Assembly: GCA_964057225.1 (NCBI GenBank)
Contig: OZ059899.1
Location: 10,354,001 to 10,418,000 of the forward strand
Source of the DNA: Auanema rhodensis
Taxonomy: Eukaryota; Animalia; Nematoda
Direction: 5' to 3'
DNA length: 64,000 bases
The stretch's first letter is position 1. Every line of letters starts with the position of its first letter. The notes under the pieces are model-generated. The model made no database searches. It worked only from the letters and a program-made list of their open reading frames with translations, and was not told the origin of the DNA. This document shows positions 1 to 12,144 of the stretch, in pieces. The position numbers and the translations under genes are program-made.

Positions 1-435
1 AGTTTCTGAAATCTTAGTTGAACAAGGCCGTATATATTTTTTTCTGGAATTCGAAAGCATTTGGGATGGATATTAGAAGGAAAAGAACTAGCTTTTCCTA
101 CTTTAAAACAAACAATAAGAAATAAAATAAAAAAGATTGTTAGATATCCAATTTAAACTTATACATTTACTTCGATAAAGAGCCTATTAGTTTGAAATTT
201 TATGTCTTACAGTTCTCCAACAGAACAGACTGATCCTGATTTCTCTATGATTACATAAAACTCTCGTTTGATATACAAAAAGGAGAGGAATAACGTTTCC
301 AGGATATCAATGATATCGAATCTAGTGATATTGTAGAAAAATGTAATGTCAGCTCCATAGTTTTTCTCTAAATTTCTCTCATGACAATAGTCTTATTTTT
401 TTTTCATAAGAGTTTCTGAAATCTTAGTTGAACAA

Positions 436-508
436 GGCCGCGTGGCGCAATGGATAACGCGTCTGCCTACGGAGCAGAAGATTGTAGGTTCGAATCCTGC
501 CGTGGTCG
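436..508 (+). tRNA. tRNA-Arg(ACG), 73 nt, intronless, no encoded CCA
   Basis: Cloverleaf: acceptor GGCCGCG/CGTGGTC plus discriminator G; D arm GCG..CGC with A box TGGCGCAATGG; anticodon arm TCTGC-CTACGGA-GCAGA; T arm GTAGG-TTCGAAT-CCTGC with B box GGTTCGAATCC; T7 run 4 nt downstream. Confidence 0.97.
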
Positions 509-637
509 TAAATTTTTTTCATTTGACTTGTCATTTACAAAAATCAAATTTATCTTCTTCAACGATTATTTTTGCAATGTGTCATAAAAATTTCACAGTT
601 GAACAAAACGTTTTTTAAGAATTTTTTTTGTTGTCAA
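441..637 (+). other. 197-bp segment present only in long monomers (tRNA nt 6-73, terminator and ~120 bp of 3' flank)
   Basis: Long unit: GAACAAGGCCG[197 bp]CATATATATTTTCCTGGAATTC. Short unit: GAACAAGGCCGTATATATTTTTTTCTGGAATTC. 609-412=197. Confidence 0.9.
513..519 (+). terminator. RNA polymerase III terminator (T7); the same tract follows all 11 tRNA copies
   Basis: TAAA then TTTTTTT directly after the tRNA 3' end. Confidence 0.85.
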
Positions 638-2687
638 CATATATATTTTCCTGGAATTCGAAAGCATTTGGGATGGAAATTAGAAAGAAAAGAACTAGTT
701 TTTCCTATTTTAAAACAAACAAAAAAAATAAAATGAAAAAGATTGTTAGATATCCAATTTAAACTTATACATTTACTTCGATAAAGAGCCTATTAGTTTG
801 AAATTTTATGTCTTACAGTTCTCCAACAGAACAGACTGATCCTGATTTCTCTATGATTACATAAAATTCTCGTTTGATATAAAAAAAGAAGAGGAATAAC
901 GTTTCCAGGATGTCAATGATATCGAATCTAGTGATATTGTAAAAAAATGTAATGTCAGCTCCATAGGTTTTCTCTTAATTTCTCTCATCACAATTGTCTT
1001 AGTTTTTTTTCTCATAAGAGTTTCTGAAATCTTAGGTGAACAAGGCCGTATATATTTTTTTCTGGAATTCAAAAGCATTTGGGATGGAAATTAGAAAGAA
1101 AAGAACTAGTTTTTCCTACTTTAAAACGAACAATAAGAAATAAAATAAAAAAGATTGTTAGATATCCAATTTAAACTTATACATTTACTTCGATAAAGAG
1201 CCTATTAGTTTGAAATTTTATGTCTTACAGTTCTCCAACAGAACAGACTGATCCTGATTTCTCTATGATTACATAAAACTCTCGTTTGATATAAAAAAAG
1301 AAGAGGAATAACGTTTCCAGGATGTCAATGATATCGAATCTAGTGATATTGTAGAAAAATGTAATGTCAGCTCCATAGGTTTTCTCTTAATTTCTCTCAT
1401 CACAATTGTCTTAGTTTTTTTTCTCATAAGAGTTTCTGAAATCTTAGGTGAACAAGGCCGTATATATTTTTTTCTGGAATTCGAAAGCATTTGGGATGGA
1501 TATTAGAAGGAAAAGAACTAGTTTTTCCTACTTTAAAACAAACAATAAGAAATAAAATAAAAAAGATTGTTAGATATCCAATTTAAACTTATACATTTAC
1601 TTTGATAAAGAGCCTATTAGTTTGAAATTTTATGTCTTACAGTTCTCCAACAGAACAGACTGATCCTGATTTCTCTATGATTATATAAAACTCTCGTTTG
1701 ATATAAAAAAAGAAGAGAAATAACGTTTCCAGGATGTCAATGATATCGAATCTAGTGATATTGTAAAAAAATGTAATGTCAGCTCCATAAGTTTTCTCTT
1801 AATTTCTCTCATCACAATTGTCTTAGTTTTTTTTCTCATAAGAGTTTCTGAAATCTTAGGTGAACAAGGCCGTATATATTTTTTTCTGGAATTCGAAAGC
1901 ATTTGGGATGGAAATTAGAAAGAAAAGAACTAGTTTTTCCTACTTTAAAACAAACAATAAGAAATAAAATAAAAAAGATTGTTAGATATCCAATTTAAAC
2001 TTATACATTTACTTCGATAAAGAGCCTATTAGTTTGAAATTTTATGTCTTACAGTTCTCCAACAGAACAGACTGATCCTGATTTCTCTATGATTATATAA
2101 AACTCTCGTTTGATATACAAAAAGGAGAGGAATAACGTTTCCAGGATATCAATGATATCGAATCTAGTGATATTGTAGAAAAATGTAATGTCAGCTCCAT
2201 AGTTTTTCTCTTAATTTCTCTCATCACAATAGTCTTATTTTTTTTTCATAAGAGTTTCTGAAATCTTAGTTGAACAAGGCCGTATATATTTTTTTCTGGA
2301 ATTCGAAAGCATTTGGGATGGATATTAGAAGGAAAAGAACTAGCTTTTCCTACTTTAAAACAAACAATAAGAAATAAAATAAAAAAGATTGTTAGATATC
2401 CAATTTAAACTTATACATTTACTTCGATAAAGAGCCTATTAGTTTGAAATTTTATGTCTTACAGTTCTCCAACAGAACAGACTTATCCTGATTTCTCTAT
2501 GATAACATAAAACTCTCGTTTGATATACAAAAAGGAGAGGAATAACGTTTCCAGGATATCAATGATATCGAATCTAGTGATATTGTAGAAAAATGTAATG
2601 TCAGCTCCATAGTTTTTCTCTAAATTTCTCTCATCACAATAGTCTTATTTTTTTTTCATAAGAGTTTCTGAAATCTTAGTTGAACAA

Positions 2688-2760
2688 GGCCGCGTGGCGC
2701 AATGGATAACGCGTCTGCCTACGGAGCAGAAGATTGTAGGTTCGAATCCTGCCGTGGTCG
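2688..2760 (+). tRNA. tRNA-Arg(ACG)
   Basis: Identical to 436-508; T7 at 2765-2771. Confidence 0.97.
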
Positions 2761-5700
2761 TAAATTTTTTTCATTTGACTTGTCATTTACAAAAATCAAA
2801 TTTATCTTCTTCAACGATTATTTTTGCAATGTGTCATAAAAATTTCACAGTTGAACAAAACGTTTTTTAAGAATTTTTTTTGTTGTCAACATATATATTT
2901 TCCTGGAATTCGAAAGCATTTGGGATGGAAATTAGAAAGAAAAGAACTAGTTTTTCCTATTTTAAAACAAACAAAAAAAATAAAATGAAAAAGATTGTTA
3001 GATATCCAATTTAAACTTATACATTTACTTCGATAAAGAGCCTATTAGTTTGAAATTTTATGTCTTACAGTTCTCCAACAGAACAGACTGATCCTGATTT
3101 CTCTATGATTACATAAAACTCTCGTTTGATATAAAAAAAGAAGAGGAATAACGTTTCCAGGATGTCAATGATATCGAATCTAGTGATATTGTAGAAAAAT
3201 GTAATGTCAGCTCCATAGGTTTTCTCTTAATTTCTCTCATCACAATTGTCTTAGTTTTTTTTCTCATAAGAGTTTCTGAAATCTTAGGTGAACAAGGCCG
3301 TATATATTTTTTTCTGGAATTCAAAAGCATTTGGGATGGAAATTAGAAAGAAAAGAACTAGTTTTTCCTACTTTAAAACGAACAATAAGAAATAAAGTAA
3401 AAAAGATTGTTAGATATCCAATTTAAACTTATACATTTACTTCGATAAAGAGCCTATTAGTTTGAAATTTTATGTCTTACAGTTCTCCAACAGAACAGAC
3501 TGATCCTGATTTCTCTATGATTACATAAAACTCTCGTTTGATATAAAAAAAGAAGAGGAATAACGTTTCCAGGATGTCAATGATATCGAATCTAGTGATA
3601 TTGTAGAAAAATGTAATGTCAGCTCCATAGGTTTTCTCTTAATTTCTCTCATCACAATTGTCTTAGTTTTTTTTCTCATAAGAGTTTCTGAAATCTTAGG
3701 TGAACAAGGCCGTATATATTTTTTTCTGGAATTCAAAAGCATTTGGGATGGAAATTAGAAAGAAAAGAACTAGTTTTTCCTACTTTAAAACGAACAATAA
3801 GAAATAAAATAAAAAAGATTGTTAGATATCCAATTTAAACTTATACATTTACTTCGATAAAGAGCCTATTAGTTTGAAATTTTATGTCTTACAGTTCTCC
3901 AACAGAACAGACTGATCCTGATTTCTCTATGATTACATAAAACTCTCGTTTGATATAAAAAAAGAAGAGGAATAACGTTTCCAGGATGTCAATGATATCG
4001 AATCTAGTGATATTGTAGAAAAATGTAATGTCAGCTCCATAGGTTTTCTCTTAATTTCTCTCATCACAATTGTCTTAGTTTTTTTTCTCATAAGAGTTTC
4101 TGAAATCTTAGGTGAACAAGGCCGTATATATTTTTTTCTGGAATTCGAAAGCATTTGGGATGGATATTAGAAGGAAAAGAACTAGTTTTTCCTACTTTAA
4201 AACAAACAATAAGAAATAAAATAAAAAAGATTGTTAGATATCCAATTTAAACTTATACATTTACTTTGATAAAGAGCCTATTAGTTTGAAATTTTATGTC
4301 TTACAGTTCTCCAACAGAACAGACTGATCCTGATTTCTCTATGATTATATAAAACTCTCGTTTGATATAAAAAAAGAAGAGGAATAACGTTTCCAGGATG
4401 TCAATGATATCGAATCTAGTGATATTGTAGAAAAATGTAATGTCAGCTCCATAGGTTTTCTCTTAATTTCTCTCATCACAATTGTCTTAGTTTTTTTTCT
4501 CATTAGAGTTTCTGAAATCTTAGGTGAACAAGGCCGTATATATTTTTTTCTAGAATTCGAAAGCATTTGGGATGGACATTAGAAGTAAAAGAACTAGTTT
4601 TTCCTACTTTAAAACAAACAAAAAAAAATAAAATGAAAAAGATTGTTAGATATCCAATTTAAACTTATACATTTACTTCGATAAAGAGCCTATTAGTTTG
4701 AAATTTTATGTCTTACAGTTCTCCAACAGAACAGACTGATCCTGATTTCTCTATGATTATATAAAACTCTCGTTTGATATAAAAAAAGAAGAGGAATAAC
4801 GTTTCCAGGATGTCAATGATATCGAATCTAGTGATATTGTAGAAAAATGTAATGTCAGCTCCATAGGTTTTCTCTTAATTTCTCTCATCACAATTGTCTT
4901 AGTTTTTTTTCTCATTAGAGTTTCTGAAATCTTAGGTGAACAAGGCCGTATATATTTTTTTCTAGAATTCGAAAGCATTTGGGATGGACATTAGAAGTAA
5001 AAGAACTAGTTTTTCCTACTTTAAAACAAACAAAAAAAAATAAAATGAAAAAGATTGTTAGATATCCAATTTAAACTTATACATTTACTTCGATAAAGAG
5101 CCTATTAGTTTGAAATTTTATGTCTTACAGTTCTCCAACAGAACAGACTGATCCTGATTTCTCTATGATTACATAAAACTCTCGTTTGATATAAAAAAAG
5201 AAGAGGAATAACGTTTCCAGGATGTCAATGATATCGAATCTAGTGATATTGTAAAAAAATGTAATGTCAGCTCCATAAGTTTTCTCTTAATTTCTCTCAT
5301 CACAATTGTCTTAGTTTTTTTTCTCATAAGAGTTTCTGAAATCTTAGGTGAACAAGGCCGTATATATTTTTTTCTGGAATTCGAAAGCATTTGGGATGGA
5401 AATTAGAAAGAAAAGAACTAGTTTTTCCTACTTTAAAACATACAATAAGAAATAAAATAAAAAAGATTGTTAGATATCCAATTTAAACTTATACATTTAC
5501 TTCGATAAAGAGCCTATTAGTTTGAAATTTTATGTCTTACAGTTCTCCAACAGAACAGACTGATCCTGATTTCTCTATGATTTTATAAAACTCTCGTTTG
5601 ATATAAAAAAAGAAGAGGAATAACGTTTCCAGGATGTCAATGATATCGAATCTAGTGATATTGTAGAAAAATGTAATGTCAGCTCCATAGTTTTTCTCTA

Positions 5701-5765
5701 AATTTCTCTCATCACAATAGTCTTATTTTTTTTTCATAAGAGTTTCTGAAATTTTAGTTGAACAA

Positions 5766-5838
5766 GGCCGCGTGGCGCAATGGATAACGCGTCTGCCTAC
5801 GGAGCAGAAGATTGTAGGTTCGAATCCTGCCGTGGTCG
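5766..5838 (+). tRNA. tRNA-Arg(ACG)
   Basis: Identical to 436-508; T7 downstream. Confidence 0.97.
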
Positions 5839-8800
5839 TAAATTTTTTTCATTTGACTTGTCATTTACAAAAATCAAATTTATCTTCTTCAACGATTATT
5901 TTTGCAATGTGTCATAAAAATTTCACAGTTGAACAAAACGTTTTTTAAGAATTTTTTTTGTTGTCAACATATATATTTTCCTGGAATTCGAAAGCATTTG
6001 GGATGGAAATTAGAAAGAAAAGAACTAGTTTTTCCTATTTTAAAACAAACAAAAAAAAATAAAATGAAAAAGATTGTTAGATATTCAATTTAAACTTATA
6101 CATTTACTTCGATAAAGAGCCTATTAGTTTGAAATTTTATGTCTTACAGTTCTCCAACAGAACAGACTGATCCTGATTTCTCTATGATTACATAAAACTC
6201 TCGTTTGATATAAAAAAAGAAGAGGAATAACGTTTCCAGGATGTCAATGATATCGAATCTAGTGATATTGTAAAAAAATGTAATGTCAGCTCCATAAGTT
6301 TTCTCTTAATTTCTCTCATCACAATTGTCTTAGTTTTTTTTCTCATAAGAGTTTCTGAAATCTTAGGTGAACAAGGCCGTATATATATTTTCCTGGAATT
6401 CGAAAGCATTTGGGATGGAAATTAGAAAGAAAAGAACTAGTTTTTCCTACTTTAAAACAAACAAAAAAAAAATAAAATGAAAAAGATTGTTAGATGTCCA
6501 ATTTAAACTTATACATTTACTTCGATAAAGAGCCTATTAGTTTGAAATTTTATGTCTTACAGTTCTCCAACAGAACAGACTGATCCTGATTTCTCTATGA
6601 TTACATAAAACTCTCGTTTGATATAAAAAAAGAAGAGGAATAACGTTTCCAGGATGTCAATGATATCGAATCTAGTGATATTGTAGAAAAATGTAATGTC
6701 AGCTCCATAGGTTTTCTCTTAATTTCTCTCATCACAATTGTCTTAGTTTTTTTTATCATAAGAGTTTCTGAAATCTTAGGTGAACAAGGCCGTATATATT
6801 TTTTTCTGGAATTCGAAAGCATTTGGGATGGAAATTAGAAAGAAAAGAACTAGTTTTTCCTACTTTAAAACAAACAATAAGAAATAAAATAAAAAAGATT
6901 GTTAGATATCCAATTTAAACTTATACATTTACTTCGATAAAGAGCCTATTAGTTTGAAATTTTATGTCTTACAGTTCTCCAACAGAACAGACTGATCCTG
7001 ATTTCTCTATGATTACATAAAACTCTCGTTTGATATAAAAAAAGAAGAGGAATAACGTTTCCAGGATGTCAATGATATCGAATCTAGTGATATTGTAGAA
7101 AAATGTAATGTCAGCTCCATAGGTTTTCTCTTAATTTCTCTCATCACAATTGTCTTAGTTTTTTTTCTCATAAGAGTTTCTGAAATCTTAGGTGAACAAG
7201 GCCGTATATATTTTTTTCTGGAATTCGAAAACATTTGGGATGGAAATTAGAAGGAAAAGAACTAGTTTTTCCTACTTTAAAACAAACAATAAGAAATAAA
7301 ATAAAAAAGATTGTTAGATATCCAATTTAAACTTATACATTTACTTTGATAAAGAGCCTATTAGTTTGAAATTTTATGTATTACAGTTCTCCAACAGAAC
7401 AGACTGATCCTGATTTCTCTATGATTACATAAAACTCTCGTTTGATATAAAAAAGAAGAGGAATAAAGTTTCCAGGATGTCAATGATATCGAATCTAGTG
7501 ATATTGTAGAAAAATGTAATGTCAGCTCCATAGGTTTTCTCTTAATTTCTCTCATCACAATTGTCTTAGTTTTTTTTCTCATAAGAGTTTCTGAAATCTT
7601 AGGTGAACAAGGCCGTATATATTTTTTTCTGGAATTCGAAAGCATTTGGGATGGAAATTAGAAAGAAAAGAACTAGTTTTTCCTATTTTAAAACAAACAA
7701 AAAAAAATAAAATGAAAAAGATTGTTAGATATCCAATTTAAACTTATACATTTACTTCGATAAAGAGCCTATTAGTTTGAAATTTTATGTCTTACAGTTC
7801 TCCAACAGAACAGACTGATCCTGATTTCTCTATGATTACATAAAACTCTCGTTTGATATAAAAAAAGAAGAGGAATAACGTTTCCAGGATGTCAATGATA
7901 TCGAATCTAGTGATATTGTAAAAAAATGTAATGTCAGCTCCATAGGTTCTCTCTTAATTTCTCTCATCACAATTGTCTTAGTTTTTTTTCTCATAAGAGT
8001 TTCTGAAATCTTAGGTGAACAAGGCCGTATATATTTTTTTCTGGAATTCGAAAGCATTTGGGATGGAAATTAGAAAGAAAAGAACTAGTTTTTCCTACTT
8101 TAAAACAAACAATAAGAAATAAAATGAAAAAGATTGTTAGATATCCAATTTAAACTTATACATTTACTTCGATAAAGAGCCTATTAGTTTGAAATTTTAT
8201 GTCTTACAGTTCTCCAACAGAACAGACTGATCCTGATTTCTCTATGATTATATAAAACTCTCGTTTGATATAAAAAAAGAAGAGGAAGAACGTTTCCAGG
8301 ATGTCAATAATATCGAATCTAGTGATATTGTAGAAAAATGTAATGTCAGCTCCATAGGTTTTCTCTTAATTTCTCTCATCACAATTGTCTTAGTTTTTTT
8401 TCTCATAAGAGTTTCTGAAATCTTAGGTGAACAAGGCCGTATATATTTTTTTCTGGAATTCGAAAGCATTTGGGATGGAAATTAGAAAGAAAAAAACTAG
8501 TTTTTCCTACTTTAAAACAAACAATAAGAAATAAAATAAAAAAGATTGTTAGATATCCAATTTAAACTTATACATTTACTTCGATAAAGAGCCTATTAGT
8601 TTGAAATTTTATGTCTTACAGTTCTCCAACAGAACAGACTGATCCTGATTTCTCTATGATTACATAAAACTCTCGTTTGATATAAAAAAAGAAGAGGAAT
8701 AACGTTTCCAGGATGTCAATGATATCGAATCTAGTGATATTGTAAAAAAATGTAATGTCAGCTCCATAAGTTTTCTCTTAATTTCTCTCATCACAATTGT

Positions 8801-11309
8801 CTTAGTTTTTTTTCTCATAAGAGTTTCTGAAATCTTAGGTGAACAAGGCCGTATATATTTTTTTCTGGAATTCGAAAGCATTTGGGATGGAAATTAGAAA
8901 GAAAAGAACTAGTTTTTCCTACTTTAAAACATACAATAAGAAATAAAATAAAAAAGATTGTTAGATATCCAATTTAAACTTATACATTTACTTCGATAAA
9001 GAGCCTATTAGTTTGAAATTTTATGTCTTACAGTTCTCCAACAGAACAGACTGATCCTGATTTCTCTATGATTACATAAAACTCTCGTTTGATATACAAA
9101 AAGGAGAGGAATAACGTTTCCAGGATATCAATGATATCGAATCTAGTGATATTGTAGAAAAATGTAATGTCAGCTCCATAGTTTTTCTCTTAATTTCTCT
9201 CATCACAATAGTCTTATTTTTTTTTCATAAGAGTTTCTGAAATCTTAGTTGAACAAGGCCGTATATATATTTTCCTGGAATTCAAAAGCATTTGGGATGG
9301 AAATTAGAAAGAAAAGAACTAGTTTTTCCTATTTTAAAACAAACAAAAAAAAATAAAATGAAAAAGATTGTTAGATATCCAATTTAAACTTATACATTTA
9401 CTTCGATAAAGAGCCTATTAGTTTGAAATTTTATGTCTTACAGTTCTCCAACAGAACAGACTGATCCTGATTTCTCTATGATTACATAAAACTCTCGTTT
9501 GATATACAAAAAGGAGAGGAATAACGTTTCCAGGATATCAATGATATCGAATCTAGTGATATTGTAGAAAAATGTAATGTCAGCTCCATAGTTTTTCTCT
9601 AAATTTCTCTCATCACAATAGTCTTATTTTTTTTTCATAAGAGTTTCTGAAATTTTAGTTGAACAAGGCCGTATATATTTTTTTCTGGAATTCGAAAGCA
9701 TTTGGGATGGAAATTAGAAAGAAAAGAACTAGTTTTTCCTACTTTAAAACAAACAATAAGAAATAAAATGAAAAAGATTGTTAGATATCCAATTTAAACT
9801 TATACATTTACTTCGATAAAGAGCCTATTAGTTTGAAATTTTATGTCTTACAGTTCTCCAACAGAACAGACTGATCCTGATTTCTCTATGATTATATAAA
9901 ACTCTCGTTTGATATAAAAAAAGAAGAGGAAGAACGTTTCCAGGATGTCAATAATATCGAATCTAGTGATATTGTAGAAAAATGTAATGTCAGCTCCATA
10001 GGTTTTCTCTTAATTTCTCTCATCACAATTGTCTTAGTTTTTTTTCTCATAAGAGTTTCTGAAATCTTAGGTGAACAAGGCCGTATATATTTTTTTCTGG
10101 AATTCGAAAGCATTTGGGATGGAAATTAGAAAGAAAAAAACTAGTTTTTCCTACTTTAAAACAAACAATAAGAAATAAAATAAAAAAGATTGTTAGATAT
10201 CCAATTTAAACTTATACATTTACTTCGATAAAGAGCCTATTAGTTTGAAATTTTATGTCTTACAGTTCTCCAACAGAACAGACTGATCCTGATTTCTCTA
10301 TGATTACATAAAACTCTCGTTTGATATAAAAAAAGAAGAGGAATAACGTTTCCAGGATGTCAATGATATCGAATCTAGTGATATTGTAAAAAAATGTAAT
10401 GTCAGCTCCATAAGTTTTCTCTTAATTTCTCTCATCACAATTGTCTTAGTTTTTTTTCTCATAAGAGTTTCTGAAATCTTAGGTGAACAAGGCCGTATAT
10501 ATTTTTTTCTGGAATTCGAAAGCATTTGGGATGGAAATTAGAAAGAAAAGAACTAGTTTTTCCTACTTTAAAACATACAATAAGAAATAAAATAAAAAAG
10601 ATTGTTAGATATCCAATTTAAACTTATACATTTACTTCGATAAAGAGCCTATTAGTTTGAAATTTTATGTCTTACAGTTCTCCAACAGAACAGACTGATC
10701 CTGATTTCTCTATGATTACATAAAACTCTCGTTTGATATACAAAAAGGAGAGGAATAACGTTTCCAGGATATCAATGATATCGAATCTAGTGATATTGTA
10801 GAAAAATGTAATGTCAGCTCCATAGTTTTTCTCTTAATTTCTCTCATCACAATAGTCTTATTTTTTTTCATAAGAGTTTCTGAAATCTTAGTTGAACAAG
10901 GCCGTATATATATTTTCCTGGAATTCAAAAGCATTTGGGATGGAAATTAGAAAGAAAAGAACTAGTTTTTCCTATTTTAAAACAAACAAAAAAAAATAAA
11001 ATAGAAAAGATTGTTAGATATCCAATTTAAACTTATACATTTACTTCGATAAAGAGCCTATTAGTTTGAAATTTTATGTCTTACAGTTCTCCAACAGAAC
11101 AGACTGATCCTGATTTCTCTATGATTACATAAAACTCTCGTTTGATATACAAAAAGGAGAGGAATAACGTTTCCAGGATATCAATGATATCGAATCTAGT
11201 GATATTGTAGAAAAATGTAATGTCAGCTCCATAGTTTTTCTCTAAATTTCTCTCATCACAATAGTCTTATTTTTTTTTCATAAGAGTTTCTGAAATTTTA
11301 GTTGAACAA

Positions 11310-11382
11310 GGCCGCGTGGCGCAATAAATAACGCGTCTGCCTACGGAGCAGAAGATTGTAGGTTCGAATCCTGCCGTGGTCG
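11310..11382 (+). pseudogene. tRNA-Arg(ACG) probable pseudogene (invariant D-loop G18G19 changed to AA)
   Basis: Reads GCAATAAATAAC instead of GCAATGGATAAC (changes at 11326-11327); otherwise identical to the other copies. This hits the A box and the D/T-loop tertiary contacts. Confidence 0.8.
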
Positions 11383-12144
11383 TAAATTTTTTTCATTTGA
11401 CTTGTCATTTACAAAAATCAAATTTATCTTCTTCAACGATTATTTTTGCAATGTGTCATAAAAATTTCACAGTTGAACAAAACGTTTTTTAAGAATTTTT
11501 TTTGTTGTCAACATATATATTTTCCTGGAATTCGAAAGCATTTGGGATGGAAATTAGAAAGAAAAGAACTAGTTTTTCCTATTTTAAAACAAACAAAAAA
11601 AAATAAAATGAAAAAGATTGTTAGATATTCAATTTAAACTTATACATTTACTTCGATAAAGAGCCTATTAGTTTGAAATTTTATGTCTTACAGTTCTCCA
11701 ACAGAACAGACTGATCCTGATTTCTCTATGATTACATAAAACTCTCGTTTGATATAAAAAAAGAAGAGGAATAACGTTTCCAGGATGTCAATGATATCGA
11801 ATCTAGTGATATTGTAAAAAAATGTAATGTCAGCTCCATAGGTTTTCTCTTAATTTCTCTCATCACAATTGTCTTAGTTTTTTTTCTCATAAGAGTTTCT
11901 GAAATCTTAGGTGAACAAGGCCGTATATATATTTTCCTGGAATTCGAAAGCATTTGGGATGGAAATTAGAAAGAAAAGAACTAGTTTTTCCTACTTTAAA
12001 ACAAACAAAAAAAAAATAAAATGAAAAAGATTGTTAGATGTCCAATTTAAACTTATACATTTACTTCGATAAAGAGCCTATTAGTTTGAAATTTTATGTC
12101 TTACAGTTCTCCAACAGAACAGACTGATCCTGATTTCTCTATGA

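Noticed and set aside
436-637. Independent SINE insertions or tRNA-targeted integration (att) sites
   Set aside because: All 11 copies sit at the identical monomer position with identical boundaries. They are perfect tRNAs with no poly(A) tail, and no integrase or RT is present. Spread by array recombination explains them.
1064-1341. B-box-like motifs in short monomers (GGAATTCGAAAGC, ATATCGAATCT)
   Set aside because: They match GGTTCGANTCC poorly, with no A box at a suitable spacing and no cloverleaf.
5902-6093. 63-aa plus-strand ORF 'MQCVIKISQ...' after tRNAs (9 copies)
   Set aside because: It has a TTG start in a eukaryotic context and is K/F-rich from A/T tracts. It is frameshifted in the copies after tRNAs 436 and 2688.
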